Below are positions 37,949 through 52,564 of a DNA stretch of 64,000 nucleotides, one piece after another. Each line of letters starts with the position of its first letter. Positions within the stretch are counted from its first letter, which is position 1. The stretch is from positions 4,340,001 through 4,404,000 of the forward strand of contig NW_025764891.1 of the NCBI RefSeq assembly GCF_003918875.1, written 5' to 3'. The position numbers were made by a program, and so were the translations under genes. Source of the DNA: Haliotis rubra (taxonomy: Eukaryota). A model generated the notes under the pieces. It was not told the DNA's origin. It saw nothing but the letters and a program-made list of their open reading frames with translations, and made no database searches.

Positions 37949-40293
37949 ACACCTTACTACAAGGATATAGAACAGAAAAGTGAAAAGACGAATAATTTAC
38001 AGAACTTTATAAAAATACAAACGAAACATCCTAATACTTATCTCTGCATAATACTTATAATTAGACAATTATCGACGATACAAATAAACAATGCCTTACA
38101 GAATGGTATATGATATGCGCCCGAAGAATCCGTTAGAAGTTTAAACATTAACGGCGAGTGTGATCCCCTCGCAAACTTCATCAGAAAATCAGATCGTATC
38201 TTCCACTAAGGTAACAAAAGCAGCTTGTTTAAAGGACAATCTACAGATGAGAATTACTCTTCGATTGGATAAGCTTTAAACGAGGCCAACAATAAATATT
38301 ATCACACGATACTGCCAGTGTACATTTGACGCCTTGATCCTTCGCACAGGAAACTATTCACATGGGGAAACAAAGAAGGGCCTTCGAGCGTTGTAGACTG
38401 TTTAAAATCGAACCTAAGTCATCGGCGTGACGATCTCACGCTTTAACCGCTTGGCTACCACGTATTATAGCGTTAAGTCGTATTTAATCGCTTATTTTTT
38501 AAGAGATAAAAGTGCACCATACCAATGATGTTGTTTGTGCATAAATATTAGTCTGTCGATCTGGTAAGATTTGTTTGTTTGTTTGTTTATTTGTTGCTTG
38601 TTTGTTTGTTTGTTGCTGTTTGTTGTTAAGCAAGACCCCATCCGTGTAGTGGGGCCACGAAATTAATTGAATCTGGACCTGACCAATCCTTGAATACAAC
38701 GTTGTCAGGGTATGATAACACGTGATCAACGTAAACTAAGTAAAACACCGTAGCAGTCTGACTCATGCAGTTGATCACTGGATTGTCTGGCCCAGTATCG
38801 ATTATTTAAAGACCGATACCATATGGCTGGAATATTGCTGAGTGCGACGTTAAACAATAAACAAACATATGTTATCGGAACCTTTTCTTGATTCTAATTG
38901 ATCTACTTTAGAATATAACCGAGTTTCTGTCTCAAATTTATATTATATTTGGTTTCTCTTGGCCAGACATGACTTAATATTGTTAGTGACTCGGATCACT
39001 ATTGTTTTGCAGGTGTCGTTAATCGTCAGCGCTCCTGGTTTCAACTTCAAGGTGAATTTTTAAACTTTTTAGGTATATTTTACCGAACCTAAGGTTAATC
39101 GATCGAAGCTCTTTAAATGTAAGTTAAGAGGTTATTGCGACCTCCCAAATTGAGTTTAAACATCACCGCCAGATGTCGCTCTCAACGTCACCTGGCGTCA
39201 CTACTCCAAATACAGGGATCGGTAATCGATGCTAACAGGGACTTAAAGGATGAAAGGCGATTTGTTTACATTTTCAAATAATCCATGTAAGATTTAAAGC
39301 TTTATAAATAATGGTAACAGATGATAGCATTACTGAAAGTTATCATAAAAAATATTACAGAAATGTAATGTCACGTTTTGAACATTTACCATAGTTCGGT
39401 TTTCTATCTTCGTTGTTAAAACTGAATAAAAAGACAAAGGACAAATGTAATCAAATTACCATTTCTTCATTTCGGGCGTCATCAGAAAACATAGAAAATA
39501 CATGTTCATTACACGAAGCGCAAAAAGAATCTTCACTGACAAAAGTGATAGAGTAAGTCATTCTACTGACACGTCGAGGAACATTTGCCCATGGTTACAA
39601 CACAGCGTCTCCCTCGGTGTAACTCCCCTGTCAATATCACTACGTGTATCTATAACACAAGACCTTTCCTGATCCCCTGCTATGTACGTAATTCATTAAT
39701 GTGTTTCCTGAAACTTTTCCTTTCAATCCGAAGCTGACAACATCGACGTATAAATCAGTGCTAAAAGGTCCGTCCTGAGAGTAATCACATTTCGGTATTG
39801 ATTTATGGTCTAAGGGAGTTAACCCTTGTTGACCCAATGAAGATTATGTTTGCTTCATTTTATACGACTACTTACAGGGTAAGAGTTGACTCCAGCAAAG
39901 TCAAGGTGATTGTACCAATTTTGGAAACATTTACAAACGGAACTCAAAAATATCATATAAAAATATCATTTGAGAAGTGGTATTGGATGAAACATGTCAG
40001 ACAAATGATATTTGTAAATAAATCCGAATGATAGAAAACATTATTCTTTTGACTACGCTCTACACTGTTAAAGAAAATGTTAGTATTTTTGATATACAGT
40101 AAACATAGCGCTACGATGATTTAGGAGCATGTGTACAATAATACGTTTTTTCTATCTCATGAATTTTTTATATAAAATACGGCACAAAAAGAACTTAAAA
40201 CAAAATCAATATTTTAATGATTATGACTTATAAGCGCTGCTTAATACACGAGAACGTTTCAGTATGGGTAAGGGCATGTTCTCAGCTGAAAAT

Positions 40294-40461
40294 GAGTGAG
40301 TAAGTGAGTATGGTTTTACGCCGCTTTTAGCAATATTCCAGCAATATCACGGCGGGGGACACCAGAAAAGGGCTTCACACATTGTCCCCTTGTGGGGAAT
40401 CGAACACGGGTCTTCGGCGTGTCGTGCGAACGCTTTAACCACTGGGCTACCCCACCGACCC
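40294..40461 (-). mobile_element. SINE family A
   Basis: Consensus match; flanking gaaaatgagtgagt direct repeat. Confidence 0.88.
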
Positions 40462-40911
40462 AGAAAATGAGTGAGTGGGATGGGTTTAACGCTGCCTTGA
40501 ACAGTACTAGCTTTATATCATTGCATGGGAGCTTGTGGGAGAACAGCCGAAGTGTTCAATGTCACAGCCGTGTACCACTATTGCGTGACCAACAGACCCT
40601 GGTATGGTAAGGACCACATTAGAAACAGTTATAATGCGGACGAATCGGGATTCGAATCTACGATCATAGGATCCTTGCGTTGCAAAGTGTCGCAACTCTG
40701 CAGAGACTAGTGGGTCATCGGTGGCTCTTGTGGAAAGGCTCACGATGAACAACAAAACATTATGCATGGAATGGAACGAACGAACGAACGAACGAACGAA
40801 GACTACTAATCAGTTCGAATCTGAGATAGGGGAAACCTGACACGAATTTGGCGACCGAATGGCGCCAGTGCTCTGCGACGTTAGCATGCAATAAACGACA
40901 TAAAGAATATT

Positions 40912-41062
40912 GGGTAGCCCAGTGGTTATTGCGTTTGCTCGTCACACCGAAGGGTCAGGTTCGATTCCCCACATGGGTACAATGTCTGAAGCCTATTTCT
41001 GAGTTCCCCGCCGTGATATTGTTGGAACATTGCTAAAACCGCTTAAAACCCGACTCACTCAC
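40912..41062 (+). mobile_element. SINE family A
   Basis: Diverged consensus match. Confidence 0.8.
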
Positions 41063-43249
41063 TCTACTGAGAAACTTTTCCGGAGCCAATAATCATGTGG
41101 CATTTCAACAAGAATAGGTCAGTCCCTGGATTTTCAAAGATGTATTGAACATTTCAGTCGTCATTCGCAATAGAAATAATACTCTGGTAGGCACCATTGG
41201 TTGGACACAAATCCCCAAGAGACGACCCAACTACTTATACACATGTTCACTGTAATCTGTCAACGAAAATCTTGAAGAAACTTTATTTACTCGTCTATCA
41301 ATTTATTAGACATATAGTATATTCTGTTCGGAAAACTTGAAACTTGGCCCTGTAGCCTCCATAACCTCCGTGTCAACTCCTTGTTACAAGAAGTCAAAGT
41401 GTGAAACTTTCCTCCACCTCCCAAGGGTTCCTCCTCTATGTTAAACTATCTCTACACACAGTTCCTATTGACCAGACGGGGAGACGAGGGATAGATTTCT
41501 CATTAGAGCGCTGCATTCGGCATATCACTGGAGACGACGATTTTATGCAGTACATTCCCGTTGTTCAGGACGAGTTTCCTCTTCGATGATGACCTACATC
41601 TTCCTGCCCCAATCACACAGACCCTGCCCGTGCCAGTGTTTCCAAGATCAATAAAATTTTGAATAACAGTAATGAATAATTTTAGAACAGGAACAAGAAA
41701 TTAAATACTGGGGTTCGAGTTGGTGGTTGTTGCCTTCCAGGTTCTCTTCTGACCGGATTCAAGCGCAAGTCGAACCAACGCTCAATATTAGCACTACTTC
41801 AGTAGATCAAGAATTAACTCTTGTTGAATTACCATTACCTACGTAAATGAAGATACGTCTTCTAGAAGACTGTTGGTTGAGTAACTGTATTGACTGGGTA
41901 CAGTAGTATTCTTAACTAGCTGATGATCTGACTGGCCCAATCGCTCAAGGCTGTCGGAGACTTCACAGAGGTCAACGAGACGATGATGAAAATGGCCACT
42001 CCTTCACGAACGTTGTTTAATATGGATGTGCGGGATCATTAGGCAGATGAAGTGGAGGTCGATGATGGCTGATGTTTGAATATGTTCCTGCCTTGTCTTT
42101 GATCTACAAATTGGCAAGGACCTGGTGGTATCCTCTGCGGCTGTACCGAGTACAGACGTTCCTTATGTATTAAGGTAGTATTGCAATGGAAGCTTTGGAG
42201 AGTTGCAGTTCATGTTTAAAGTCAGTCGGCACTGTGAATCTTTTGATTGTGTAAGAGAACTGATGAGTGTATGACAAAGGTTTTAAGCAACTTTAAGCAT
42301 TATTCCAGCCATGCAAGAGAGAGAACGACTCGAATGAACGTGTAGGGAAGCGTACCTGTGTTCAAACAATAAACTTAGCGTCAGTATTATTCGTTATAGC
42401 AGTGTAACGAATAATACTGAGCCTAGGTTTACTTAGACTGAACAATAAGACTGACTCTGGTGAATTGATGGCACGGTGGTGTACGGATGAAGCGGGAGAC
42501 CAATATGTGAGTGAATGAGAAAGTAAACGAATGAGAAAGCAATATTCCAGCAAAACGAACGAACGGGTGTCTTGTGGGGATAGGTAAGCCCCTGAAAGTA
42601 TGGGCTGAGGTGTTGTTTAGGATCATGTAGTTACAGCAGCGTTTAAAATTCCCGCCTGCCCGACCCTCGGGAACGGTCTATTTTCATCTCGTACGGTCAA
42701 ATTTCAAAAGTAGTCTGTCCGGTGGTCTGGTAGATGTTGTTACCCCTAACAGTAAATATTTCATAATATCAGACAGGTTCTCTTGTCGTCAGTTTGAAGT
42801 GTTTAAGGTATTATGATGATTATGTTAAACTATTTACGATTGAACAGTTCATTTCACAAGAACCAATCACAACACATGTACTTTCAGTTTTACCTAAACT
42901 CGGTGCATTGCCTGTTAGTGCTATGTTGTTCATTGCGATGCCTACAAACAGTAAAGTATTCAGAAACCTGTCAGTGATTATTTTTCATTGTTGAAAACCG
43001 GACAGGCAAGTTTTGTACATTTTGTAAAGTTACCGGCTGTCTGGCTTAGAATTTTGGGACTTTTAAACACTGGTTACAACATGTGTGCGTGTGCGTATGC
43101 GTAGTACTAATGCCGGTTTTATAGTGATTTCCGTTGATATATGCCGCAGTTGTTGTGAGACAGTACACTGACCCACTAATCCTAATGTCCAGCGCCAGGC
43201 AGGGAAACAACAAGTACCATTTTTAACGTTCGTTGCTATGACGCAGCCA

Positions 43250-43961
43250 TTGCCCATCTCCAACCGATGCCCTATCTCCAACCGATGTCCTATCGATGCC
43301 CTATCTCCAACAGATGTCCTATCTCCAACCGATGTCCTATCTCCAACCGATGTCCTACCGATGTCCTATCTCCAACCGATGTCCTCTCTCCAACCGATGT
43401 CCTATCTCCAACCGATGTCCTATCTCCAACCGATGTCCTACCGATGTCCTATCTCCAACCGATGTCCTATCTCCAACCGATGTCCTATCTCCAACCGATG
43501 CCCTATCTCCAACCGATGTCCTATCTCCAATCGATGTCCTATCTCCAACCGATGTCCTATCTCCAACCGATGTCCTATCTCCAACCGATGTCCTATCTCC
43601 AACCGATGTCCTATCTCCAACCGATGTCCTATCTCCAACCGATGTCCAACCGATGTCCTATCTCCAACCGATGTCCAACCGATGTCCTATCGATGCCCTA
43701 TCTACAACCGATGCCCTATCGCCAACCGATGTCCTATCGATGCCCTATCTCCTATCGATGTCCTATCTCCAACTGATGCCATATCTCCAACCGATGCCCT
43801 ATCTCCAACCGATGTCCTATCGATGTCCTATCTCCAACTGATGCCCTATCTCCAACCGATGCCCTATCTCCAACCGATGTCCTATCGATGCCCTATCTCC
43901 AACCGATGTCCTATCGATGCCCTATCTCCAACCGATGCCCTATCTCCAACCGATGTCCTAT
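43250..43961. repeat. 18-bp minisatellite with shorter variant units
   Basis: Unit cctatctccaaccgatgt. Confidence 0.95.
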
Positions 43962-44192
43962 CACTCCTAGACAAACATGGTCCAGTATAAGGATGGACTG
44001 ACGTGTGAGTGAGTGAACATTCACTATTGCGCCTACATTTCAGTCAAATGTTAATGTCTTAAGACCTAATATAAAAACACAACGTAATTACAGGCAATGA
44101 AAAGTACGAAGCCTGATATTACCCAAGACATTCATATTTGACTGACCATAATATTAACATTTCACAAGCTGTACCTATGGCATGTCTTAAGA

Positions 44193-44366
44193 GGGGTGGT
44201 GGCATAGCCTAGTGGTTAAAGCATTGACTCGTCACATAGAAGACCCGGGTTCGATTCCCCACATGAGTACAATGTGTGAAGCCAATTTCTGGTGTCCCCC
44301 CTACCGCGATATTGCTGGAATATTGGTAAAAGCAAAGTAAAACTTAACTCACTCACTCACTCACTC
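44193..44366 (+). mobile_element. SINE family A
   Basis: Consensus match. Confidence 0.85.
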
Positions 44367-44940
44367 AGCTAAGTTAGGTGGGGGCGGCTATTTTATATAA
44401 GTCTGTATGGGTTTTTCAGTTATTATTATTATTATTATTATTATAGTATATTTGTACCGGGCCATTTTCACTCATACGTGGAAAATAACCTATTTACACT
44501 TGAATATTTAAACATTTAGTGTTTAAAAAAAACAAACACAAAAAACTCTGATATCCCAAAGTAATATATTGTGTCAGGTTAAGGTGGAACAACAGTTGCA
44601 CAGATTTATCACACAATCTATTGTACATATATATACGTTGCTTGGGTTAAACCGGATAATGATTAAGCTGATGTATGAATCTATTTTACAAAGTGTTTTA
44701 GAAGCTACATGTACGGACGCCATTTAATGAGTACTAAAAGCTGACACCTTGAGTCAATTCAAGAATACGTGTTTGCCACTAACATGGCAATGTCCCCCGT
44801 CGCTATAGGAGAATAAATATAACATATTTACTAGTTTTTATCTTTTGGCCACATAGAAGATTACCTTTAGTGTGATGTAGTTTAAGTCATGGTCACTTCT
44901 GAGAATCTTCTCCTAACTCTGAGGATATTTCAGGAATATA

Positions 44941-45088
44941 GTGAGTGAGTGAGTGAGTGAGTGAGTATGGTTTTACGCCGCTTTTAGCAATATTCCAGCA
45001 ATATCACGGCGGGGGACACCAGAAATAGGCTTCACACATTGTACCCATGTGGGGAATCGAACCCGGGTCTTCGGCGTGACGAGCGAAC
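44941..45088 (-). mobile_element. SINE family A, 5'-truncated
   Basis: Flanking aggaatatag direct repeat. Confidence 0.85.
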
Positions 45089-45479
45089 AGAGGAATATAG
45101 TGGATTTCAATGTATAGACACAGATGCACATATCAACTGTACAGTATCAGTGTGCATTAGGGCTGGGATGGACTCAAATTTTCTACCCCGGTACCCCTAC
45201 CCCTCATTACCCTACACTGATACCCATTATGTTAATTCCTGACATCATATCTGTAAAAAAAGGCAATCTATTCTTGAGCTCGGTGGCTAATATTTTGATA
45301 TTTTCAATATCTTAATACTATAATCAAAACAGATGACTGTATTTCTTTGATTGGCATTCTGTAAATTATATCTAAATCTTCAAAGACAATACAACCTTTT
45401 AACCATGAAAGAATAACCTATTACTCTGCTGAATCTATTAATCACATGATCATAACGGGTCCGGGTGTTGAGATGGATG

Positions 45480-45753
45480 CGATTTTGGAAAGTGTCATGA
45501 GATCTCGAAATTAAGGCCAAGGTCACCCTGAAATGACTGGTGTCTGCGTAATTACCCAATGTAGGCTGTCGACATAATTGAAGACATTGGGTGCAACGTT
45601 TTATGAGACATCGCGTTTACACAAGCTTGAAAAGTGGTCAAAGTGTCAGGGTGACCTTGAAGATAAGGTCAAGGTTAACAAGAATCGGGACGTGCGTACG
45701 GACGGACGCTGCTGAATACATCGTCCCCCGTTCCGCGTTGAGGCGGGGAACAA
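45480..45753 (+). mobile_element. HINE-like fragment
   Basis: gtgaccttgaagataaggtcaagg, cggacggacg, and terminal hairpin tcccccg...cggggaa. Confidence 0.6.
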
Positions 45754-46813
45754 TTATACCTTTTCAGAAGCCACACTATAAAGCAAACCAATCGTGGTTT
45801 TAGAACATTACCGATAACGGTAGATCCCAAGATTCCTCAGAGAAACGGAAGATATTGAAAGCTTCCCCTTCATTTGATCCCCATTTTTTGTTATTTTAAT
45901 GCCGGGTGGTGTAAAAATATAATCTAATTAATTTTCCCTTCATAAATATTAAAACCTATTTGTCACAAGTCTGTTATTCCTACCTTTAAAGGTTCTAAAA
46001 GCAATAATATTTAGGCTTGAAGTCAAGTTATACATACAGATGCTCAGATGTTGGTACTATTTGGTTTATGAGACATGAATGTAATATGCTAAAAGAATAT
46101 TTTTGATCTTTTGCTGACAAATGAGTTAGTTTATTGATTTTATTATGGCTGGAAATAAAATTATTTCAATTTCACATTAACACACGCCATTATTAAATGT
46201 CTCGAGGAGATATTTAAAATAAAAAGAACATACCTTTCAGAGTAAACTATTCAAAACTCATTTTCTATCATTTTCAGAAACATAAATTTGACACACAAGA
46301 TGAACAGCTGAGCTATAAACTTTGATTATTTATTCAACTAGGAAGTTTAATATCGTTTTTGCATATCAAAGAATTTTGATTCTTTCAAAGCAGCAATACG
46401 CGAGTGTTACTGTAACGATTATTACCATGGGACTCAACAGAAAAAGTGGGATCGATCTCGTTTGAATACGTTCTGGTGTTTAAATGCCAATATGAAATCC
46501 ATCCGGAAGAGCACGAGTTGACAATCAGGTTGTCCCAGAAAGACAAGAGTTGGACAGGGGTGGATTCGAATGAGAAGACACTAAAAGCCGTCAAATAAAA
46601 ATACCAACACGAGCGAAACAATTTCTGTGGTCAGTTGGTGATTCGCAAAATGAAGGTGGTGACGTCACTTACGCTATGAAACTACACTGATAGATAGGTC
46701 TAGTTGTAAAATGATAATTGAATAACTAGGAGATAACACTGCTAAATGTTTCATTTAGCTGCTTTCAACCAACTATAATCACTTCCAAAATGTAAACACA
46801 ACAGGATTATGTC

Positions 46814-46994
46814 CATTCTACCATGACATGTGCACCATGAATAAAACGCGTTTTAAATATGCACTCATTACCCTTGGTAGTGTTTTGACACTATACGAAC
46901 CGGCTCTGAGAAGTGGTTATTGAAAATTTTTCACTTCTAATTTTTTAGTAACAGCCAGTCAAAAACGATCATACTTAAATGTCATGGTAGAATG
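46814..46994. mobile_element. Small element bounded by a 16-bp perfect inverted repeat
   Basis: cattctaccatgacat and atgtcatggtagaatg; the same motif recurs at ~1952-1967. Confidence 0.55.
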
Positions 46995-48565
46995 TATAAT
47001 GTATAATGGAAGAGGCTGATCTTGGAGAATCGGGCGGTATAAAACGACTGGAGAGAAGTCGCAGTCGAGTTATTATGATTATTTATCACTCGCTTTGGAC
47101 GGATATAATTACTATAACTACGATTTATCAGTTCAGATATAAATGCTCAGTTGATTGAGGACACTCAAATTTCTGCGATGTGTTGTCCTAATATGAAAGG
47201 GTACACTAGCCCCGTATATGTTGGATTGCTTTGCCAGTCTGCACAGGCGACGTAAAATTACGTTATCAAGATGATAATAAGAATAAAGATGACATAATGC
47301 GAGGGGTTTAACGTGGCGTTATTGTACTAAGTTTGTTTGACGGTTTTATAGTGCTAGTCCACTCATGCTACAGTTACCATGGATACAGTTCTCTGACACC
47401 CTCTTTCTTTTTATCCCCTTAATGCCGAGCGCAACGCAGGGTAACAAAAAGTACGTTTCTTTCGGTGTGACGCAGTCGGAGTCGAACTTCCGATCTTCTG
47501 CTCTGTGCGCAGATGTTCTATTCCCTAAGAAGAAGATAATGATGATAATTGCATTGCTAATGTTGTTGTTGATGATGATGATGCCGATGATCATCATGAT
47601 GAGGATAATTTTGATTATATTTCGATTGTTTTAAACAGCAGAGACTGTAGTTTTGGACATTTATCTCGCTTCTATACTCTCCTGAGATATAAATCCCTTT
47701 ACAGTGCCCTTAAGAAACCAAACGAATCCTTATACCGACAATAAACCCTATCAAATAAAGATATATTGGCACCAGGGCACGAAATGAACGTACACTCGTA
47801 AAATACCAAATGTCATGTGATGCGATTTATGCCTGTCGCGGAAACAGCCGAGATACGACGAAGAACGGTGCATTCTCTCCGGAGACACTGACGATGATAC
47901 ATCGGTACTTTCCGTGCTGGTTTGAGACAATCCTGGACATAGACCCCATTAGAAATCGATGTGAACTCGCTCTAGACAAAACACTGATTCCACAGGAGGT
48001 ATAGTGAAAATTTATCATTATAGTTTAGGGAAAAAAGAGAGCTGTGGCCGATTTCACTGCAACGTCAATCAGACAGTGGCTTGGTTCGTGGTCATTGCTC
48101 GACTGAGCAATTACTCTCGACAAATTAACACACTGTGAAAATTGGATGGTGGGTCGATGTGAGATTCTCAGACGAGCCTGTGAACCCATGAAGCAAACGA
48201 AGCGTTGGCAACCCCACAGAACCATCAACTTTCCAGAACGCGAGTTAGGCACGCCAGAAAACTACGATTGCGGGTTCGAATCTCGGTCTGTCCCGAGTCA
48301 GCTTCTTGGTTTGCCCGCGCCATACACACCCATGGAGGTGATAAACATCTAATATCTTCATTACTTTGGACTTGATTCCCACATTAAGCAGCCCCTCTGA
48401 GATGTAACTGATATATGACGCGATGTTACAGTACAGGATGCTCAGTACAGGAGTTTATAAAGTTTAAAATGTCTGAGGGGACGTAAACTACCCCCTCACT
48501 AAACATGTCAGCGTAATTATGTCGGTGGGCATGTTCCAATAATACAATAATACATAATTCGAATA

Positions 48566-49279
48566 ATGCATCTGCTTGTCTATGACCTAAAGTAAGTGAG
48601 TGAGTTTTACGCTGCTTTAAGCAATATTCCAGCAATTTAACGACGGTAGACAGCAGAAATTGGCTTCACGGCGTGACGAGTGAACGCTTTAACCACTAGG
48701 CTCCCATGCAGCCCCGTAGGTAAGCCCAATAATACAGTCGACATGCATCTGTTTGTTTATGAGCTATAGTGAGTGAGTGAGTTTTAGTTTTACGCTGCTT
48801 TTAGCAATATTCCAGCAATTTCCACTAGGCTTCACGGCGTGACAGCTTTAACCCTAGGCTCCCAGGTAAGCCAATAATACAGTCGACATGCATCTGTTTG
48901 TTTATGAGCTATAGTGAGTGAGTGAGTTTTAGTTTTACGCTGCTTTTAGCAATATTCCAGCAATTTCACGACGGTAGATAGCAGAAAAGGGCTTCACGGC
49001 GTGACGAGTGAACGCTTTAACCACTAGGCTCCCATGCCGCCCCGTAGGTAAGCCCAATAATACAGTCGACATGCATCTGTTTGTTTATGAGCTATAGTGA
49101 GTGAGTGAGTTTTAGTTTTACGCTGCTTTTAGCAATATTCCAGCAATTTCACGACGGTAGATAGCAGAAAAGGGCTTCACGGCGTGACGAGCGAACGCTT
49201 TAACCACTAGGCTACCCCACCGCCCTGTAGGTAAGCCCAATGATACAGTCGACATGCATCTGCTTGTCTATAAGCTAAA
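48566..49279. repeat. Tandem array of ~180-bp units, each containing an internally deleted SINE A
   Basis: gcatctg anchor at about 48568, 48746, 48890, 49073, 49256. Confidence 0.9.
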
Positions 49280-51789
49280 AGACTGACGAGAGGATCGACT
49301 GTGTTTACATCAACACGTTGTGAGTAGAGAGTACCCAGGATGTTATACATCCCTGCGGCCAGTCCCATCGATCACTGGTCTTCAATGCTGACAGCGAGCA
49401 TGTGTACGCCGGTCATCAGCTCTTGGCACCTGCCTCGCAGTTTGTACCCTGCGGGCTAACTGCTGTTCACGTGGTATTGACACACGTGTCAACAGGTAGA
49501 TATACAGTGATGAACATCCCTGAACCAAACACATACCATGGCAACGGATGGTGTACATGTAGGAGGCGATTGTAAACTTAACTGCCCACGTCATCAAAAC
49601 GATGTACACACAATCGTGGACCACACCCTCGCCCTTGACTCCAAAGATTGGTTGGTTGGTTTATTGTTTATAGTCCAGCTATATGGAGGCATTCTGTAAA
49701 TAATTGAGTCTGGACCTGACAACAGCACCGATCAACTGCAAACGGGGTATGCACTTTAAATGAAACATCGAGAACAAGTAGTGTTGGTTTAAGTTAACGC
49801 TCATCACGTACCGCACGTGCTTTTGTTTCACTGTTCCATCTACTGCGCTCACCCCCTTGTAATACAAACCAATAATAGCGATTTGAAACTATGATCGTTT
49901 GTTAAACAACTTTTATCCTCAGTTGAAAATGTTTCTGAAATTTAAATGTTCATTTGGCAAGGTAAAATTATGAGGATTCGCAATCTTAATTTCACTTAAC
50001 TTGATTTACTTTTTTGTTTAAAGTGAAATTCATCGGTACGTTTTCACTGCAAACAGCCTATAGTCAGTCTTAACCTTCTTTACGGGCCTTGTTTGCTCGC
50101 TTTGGTACAGTTACAACGTACCTAAACACTGCTCTCCACCCGAACTATCCTCATCCTCCAAACTTCCATAAACCATCGATGGCGGTACCACCTCGTCTAT
50201 GTCACGAATGACAGTTTATTCCATATTGATATGGCTGGATACCGAAACCGTTTTGTCAGCACTCCACCCTCGTCACGTGCACAATCGACCCTCCCCGACT
50301 GTCATCATCAACCCCCCACCCTAGTTCGTTCAAAATCTATACTCCAGCATCGTTATGTGCATATTTGCCCCTCCACCCTCGTCATGTGCACATTGGACCC
50401 TTCACTCTCGTTACTTACCGTTGTTAGGTGCACTATCTACCCTCCACCCTCTTTAATACCCCACCGACCATTGTCGCTGACACCATCCACCCATATCACG
50501 TTCACAATCTCGCAACCAACCCTTCAAACCAGTTCAAGAGGTCGTTCTGACCCAAGTTCGATTGGTCCCATAGGTTGCCGTGCTACAGTTATAAAACTGC
50601 TGACTATGGAGTAAAACAATATTCAGCATTTCACTTCATTACCAAATGCCGATTTTCGACAATATACTTACAATGATATATATCCATATTTTGTTTCTGT
50701 TTACGGAGTGACTGACTCAATCCTATTTAACGAACTTCTGAAGAGTCGTGACGAGTTATTATTAGTTAACGCGGCCCCCAGCGTTATTTTCAACATTAAA
50801 CACACAGGCCCACGATGTCAGATTGTAACACAAGTGTGATCACGTTACAGACGGCGTCCTCTAACAAATCAACTTCTTCCTTGTTTGTTACGAATAACTT
50901 TGAAAAGATTGGTGCACATCATATATTAAGGGCTACTATTAGATATAAAACAACTGCAAACAAGAACTCATCAAGAACAGGAAGACGAAAAAGTCACGAA
51001 TGTAAACATGCTCACCTATATGGACAGTTAAGTAAATCCTATATCCCGCGTCCAGTATCGGCGCCTGTGACACCACTCCCGACTTATACACACATGTATA
51101 CTGTGTCCCCTACACTATTTAAGAGGTGGAGAAGCGAGGGCCTCCTCCCCGACAGATAGTCACGTTCCTACACTCCTCGTGGTTGCAAACAAATGTAAAA
51201 CCCTCTCCGTCCAGGCGATAAGCGTTGAAAAGCAGGACACGCGTGGACAAACCAAACTGTTTCTCAAACAGGTGCCCGTTCATGAAGTCGCCCCAACACT
51301 TCCTCAGTGAGTGGACGCATTGTCAGTGAGCAGTTAATCCCCTGTACAGGGCAGAGGAGGAGCGCGGTGGACACATGTACGTCTGTCTACACTGACTGTA
51401 TTGTAGCACTGGTGTACACAGGTCCGGGCCATAGGCAACATCGATCTGAGCACGATCCACTAGACTTGCCCAATATTCGGGGCACTTGAATCTGGGGCAA
51501 GGGGGTAGCAGTGTATTGGGGTGAGTGGGGGTAGATTTCATTGAGAACGTCTGATAGTGTTGATCCACATCATGTAATGGATGGTAACCGGAAATTGTTC
51601 AAAACTGCTTTCAGTCGATATGTTTGTCTCACTTGAGGCACAGTAACAAGTACATCCTCAACTAAGTTCTTGCTTAAAAAACATTATCGTTTTATCTTTA
51701 TTCGCTATATAGGTAAAACATTTTTAAAACCCAACAATATGGAGTTGGGGATAGCATTTATTATTCGACCTTGTTTAAGGAAAATTTTA

Positions 51790-51951
51790 GGGGCTGTGTG
51801 GTAGCCTAGTGGTTAAGGCGTCCGCTCGTCAAGCCGAAGACCCGGGTTCTATTCCCCACATGGGTACAATGTGTGAAGCCCATTTCTGGTGTCCCACGCC
51901 ATGATATTGCTGGAATATTGCTAAATGCGGCGTAAAACCATAACCACTCAC
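51790..51951 (+). mobile_element. SINE family A
   Basis: Consensus match. Confidence 0.85.
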
Positions 51952-52564
51952 TGGAGATATTTCATCCCTATCAAACGTTGAGTGGTATAAACAGGAATGT
52001 GTGTACGTTTAATGAAGTGGGATAATATCAGTGATTCGAAAGTTAATTGGTGTATGGGTGGTCAGGGTGGATTGTCTGTCCCTTAGGGATGTATTGGTGG
52101 GAAGAGGAGGCCTGTGTCAGCTCATATCCACATACCTATATCATAGATATACAAAATACGACGGAGTGTGAATCAAAATCACAGGAAGCTTGACCTTCCT
52201 CCGGAATAGAGTAGCTGAGTGGACACGCGGGATGAGGAGCTGAGATTTACATGGTAATACAGGTTCACTGCATGTCACATTCAGTGTGAGGAGAATGGCT
52301 GCCCTGTGTCTGTGACTGGCTGGGTTATATATGGTGTATATGAGTAGTCCGCCTTGACATGGGATGGAGTCAAGGAAATGACCCGTCATTGTTTCCGACC
52401 TGGGTCAGTAGTGTTTAGCTGCGAACCGTGAGTCAGATGGAGACAGTCACATTCATCACATCGGGCATGTCAGATAGGTGCCACGTATTACACACTAACA
52501 GCCTGTACATCAAAGGCTGGCAGTGACGGGAGGACATGTATATAGCGCTTGCATGTATACCTCA

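Noticed and set aside
41100-42260. Possible decayed LINE ORF fragment on the minus strand
   Set aside because: Multiple stops and no motif I can identify with confidence; needs BLASTX.
41915-42300. ctgatga motifs as hammerhead ribozyme cores
   Set aside because: No properly spaced GAAA or flanking stems seen.
43238-43990. 250-aa repetitive ORFs (CPISNR / PTDVLS / LQPMSY)
   Set aside because: All three plus frames are open only because the 18-bp unit lacks stops, and variant units shift frame freely.
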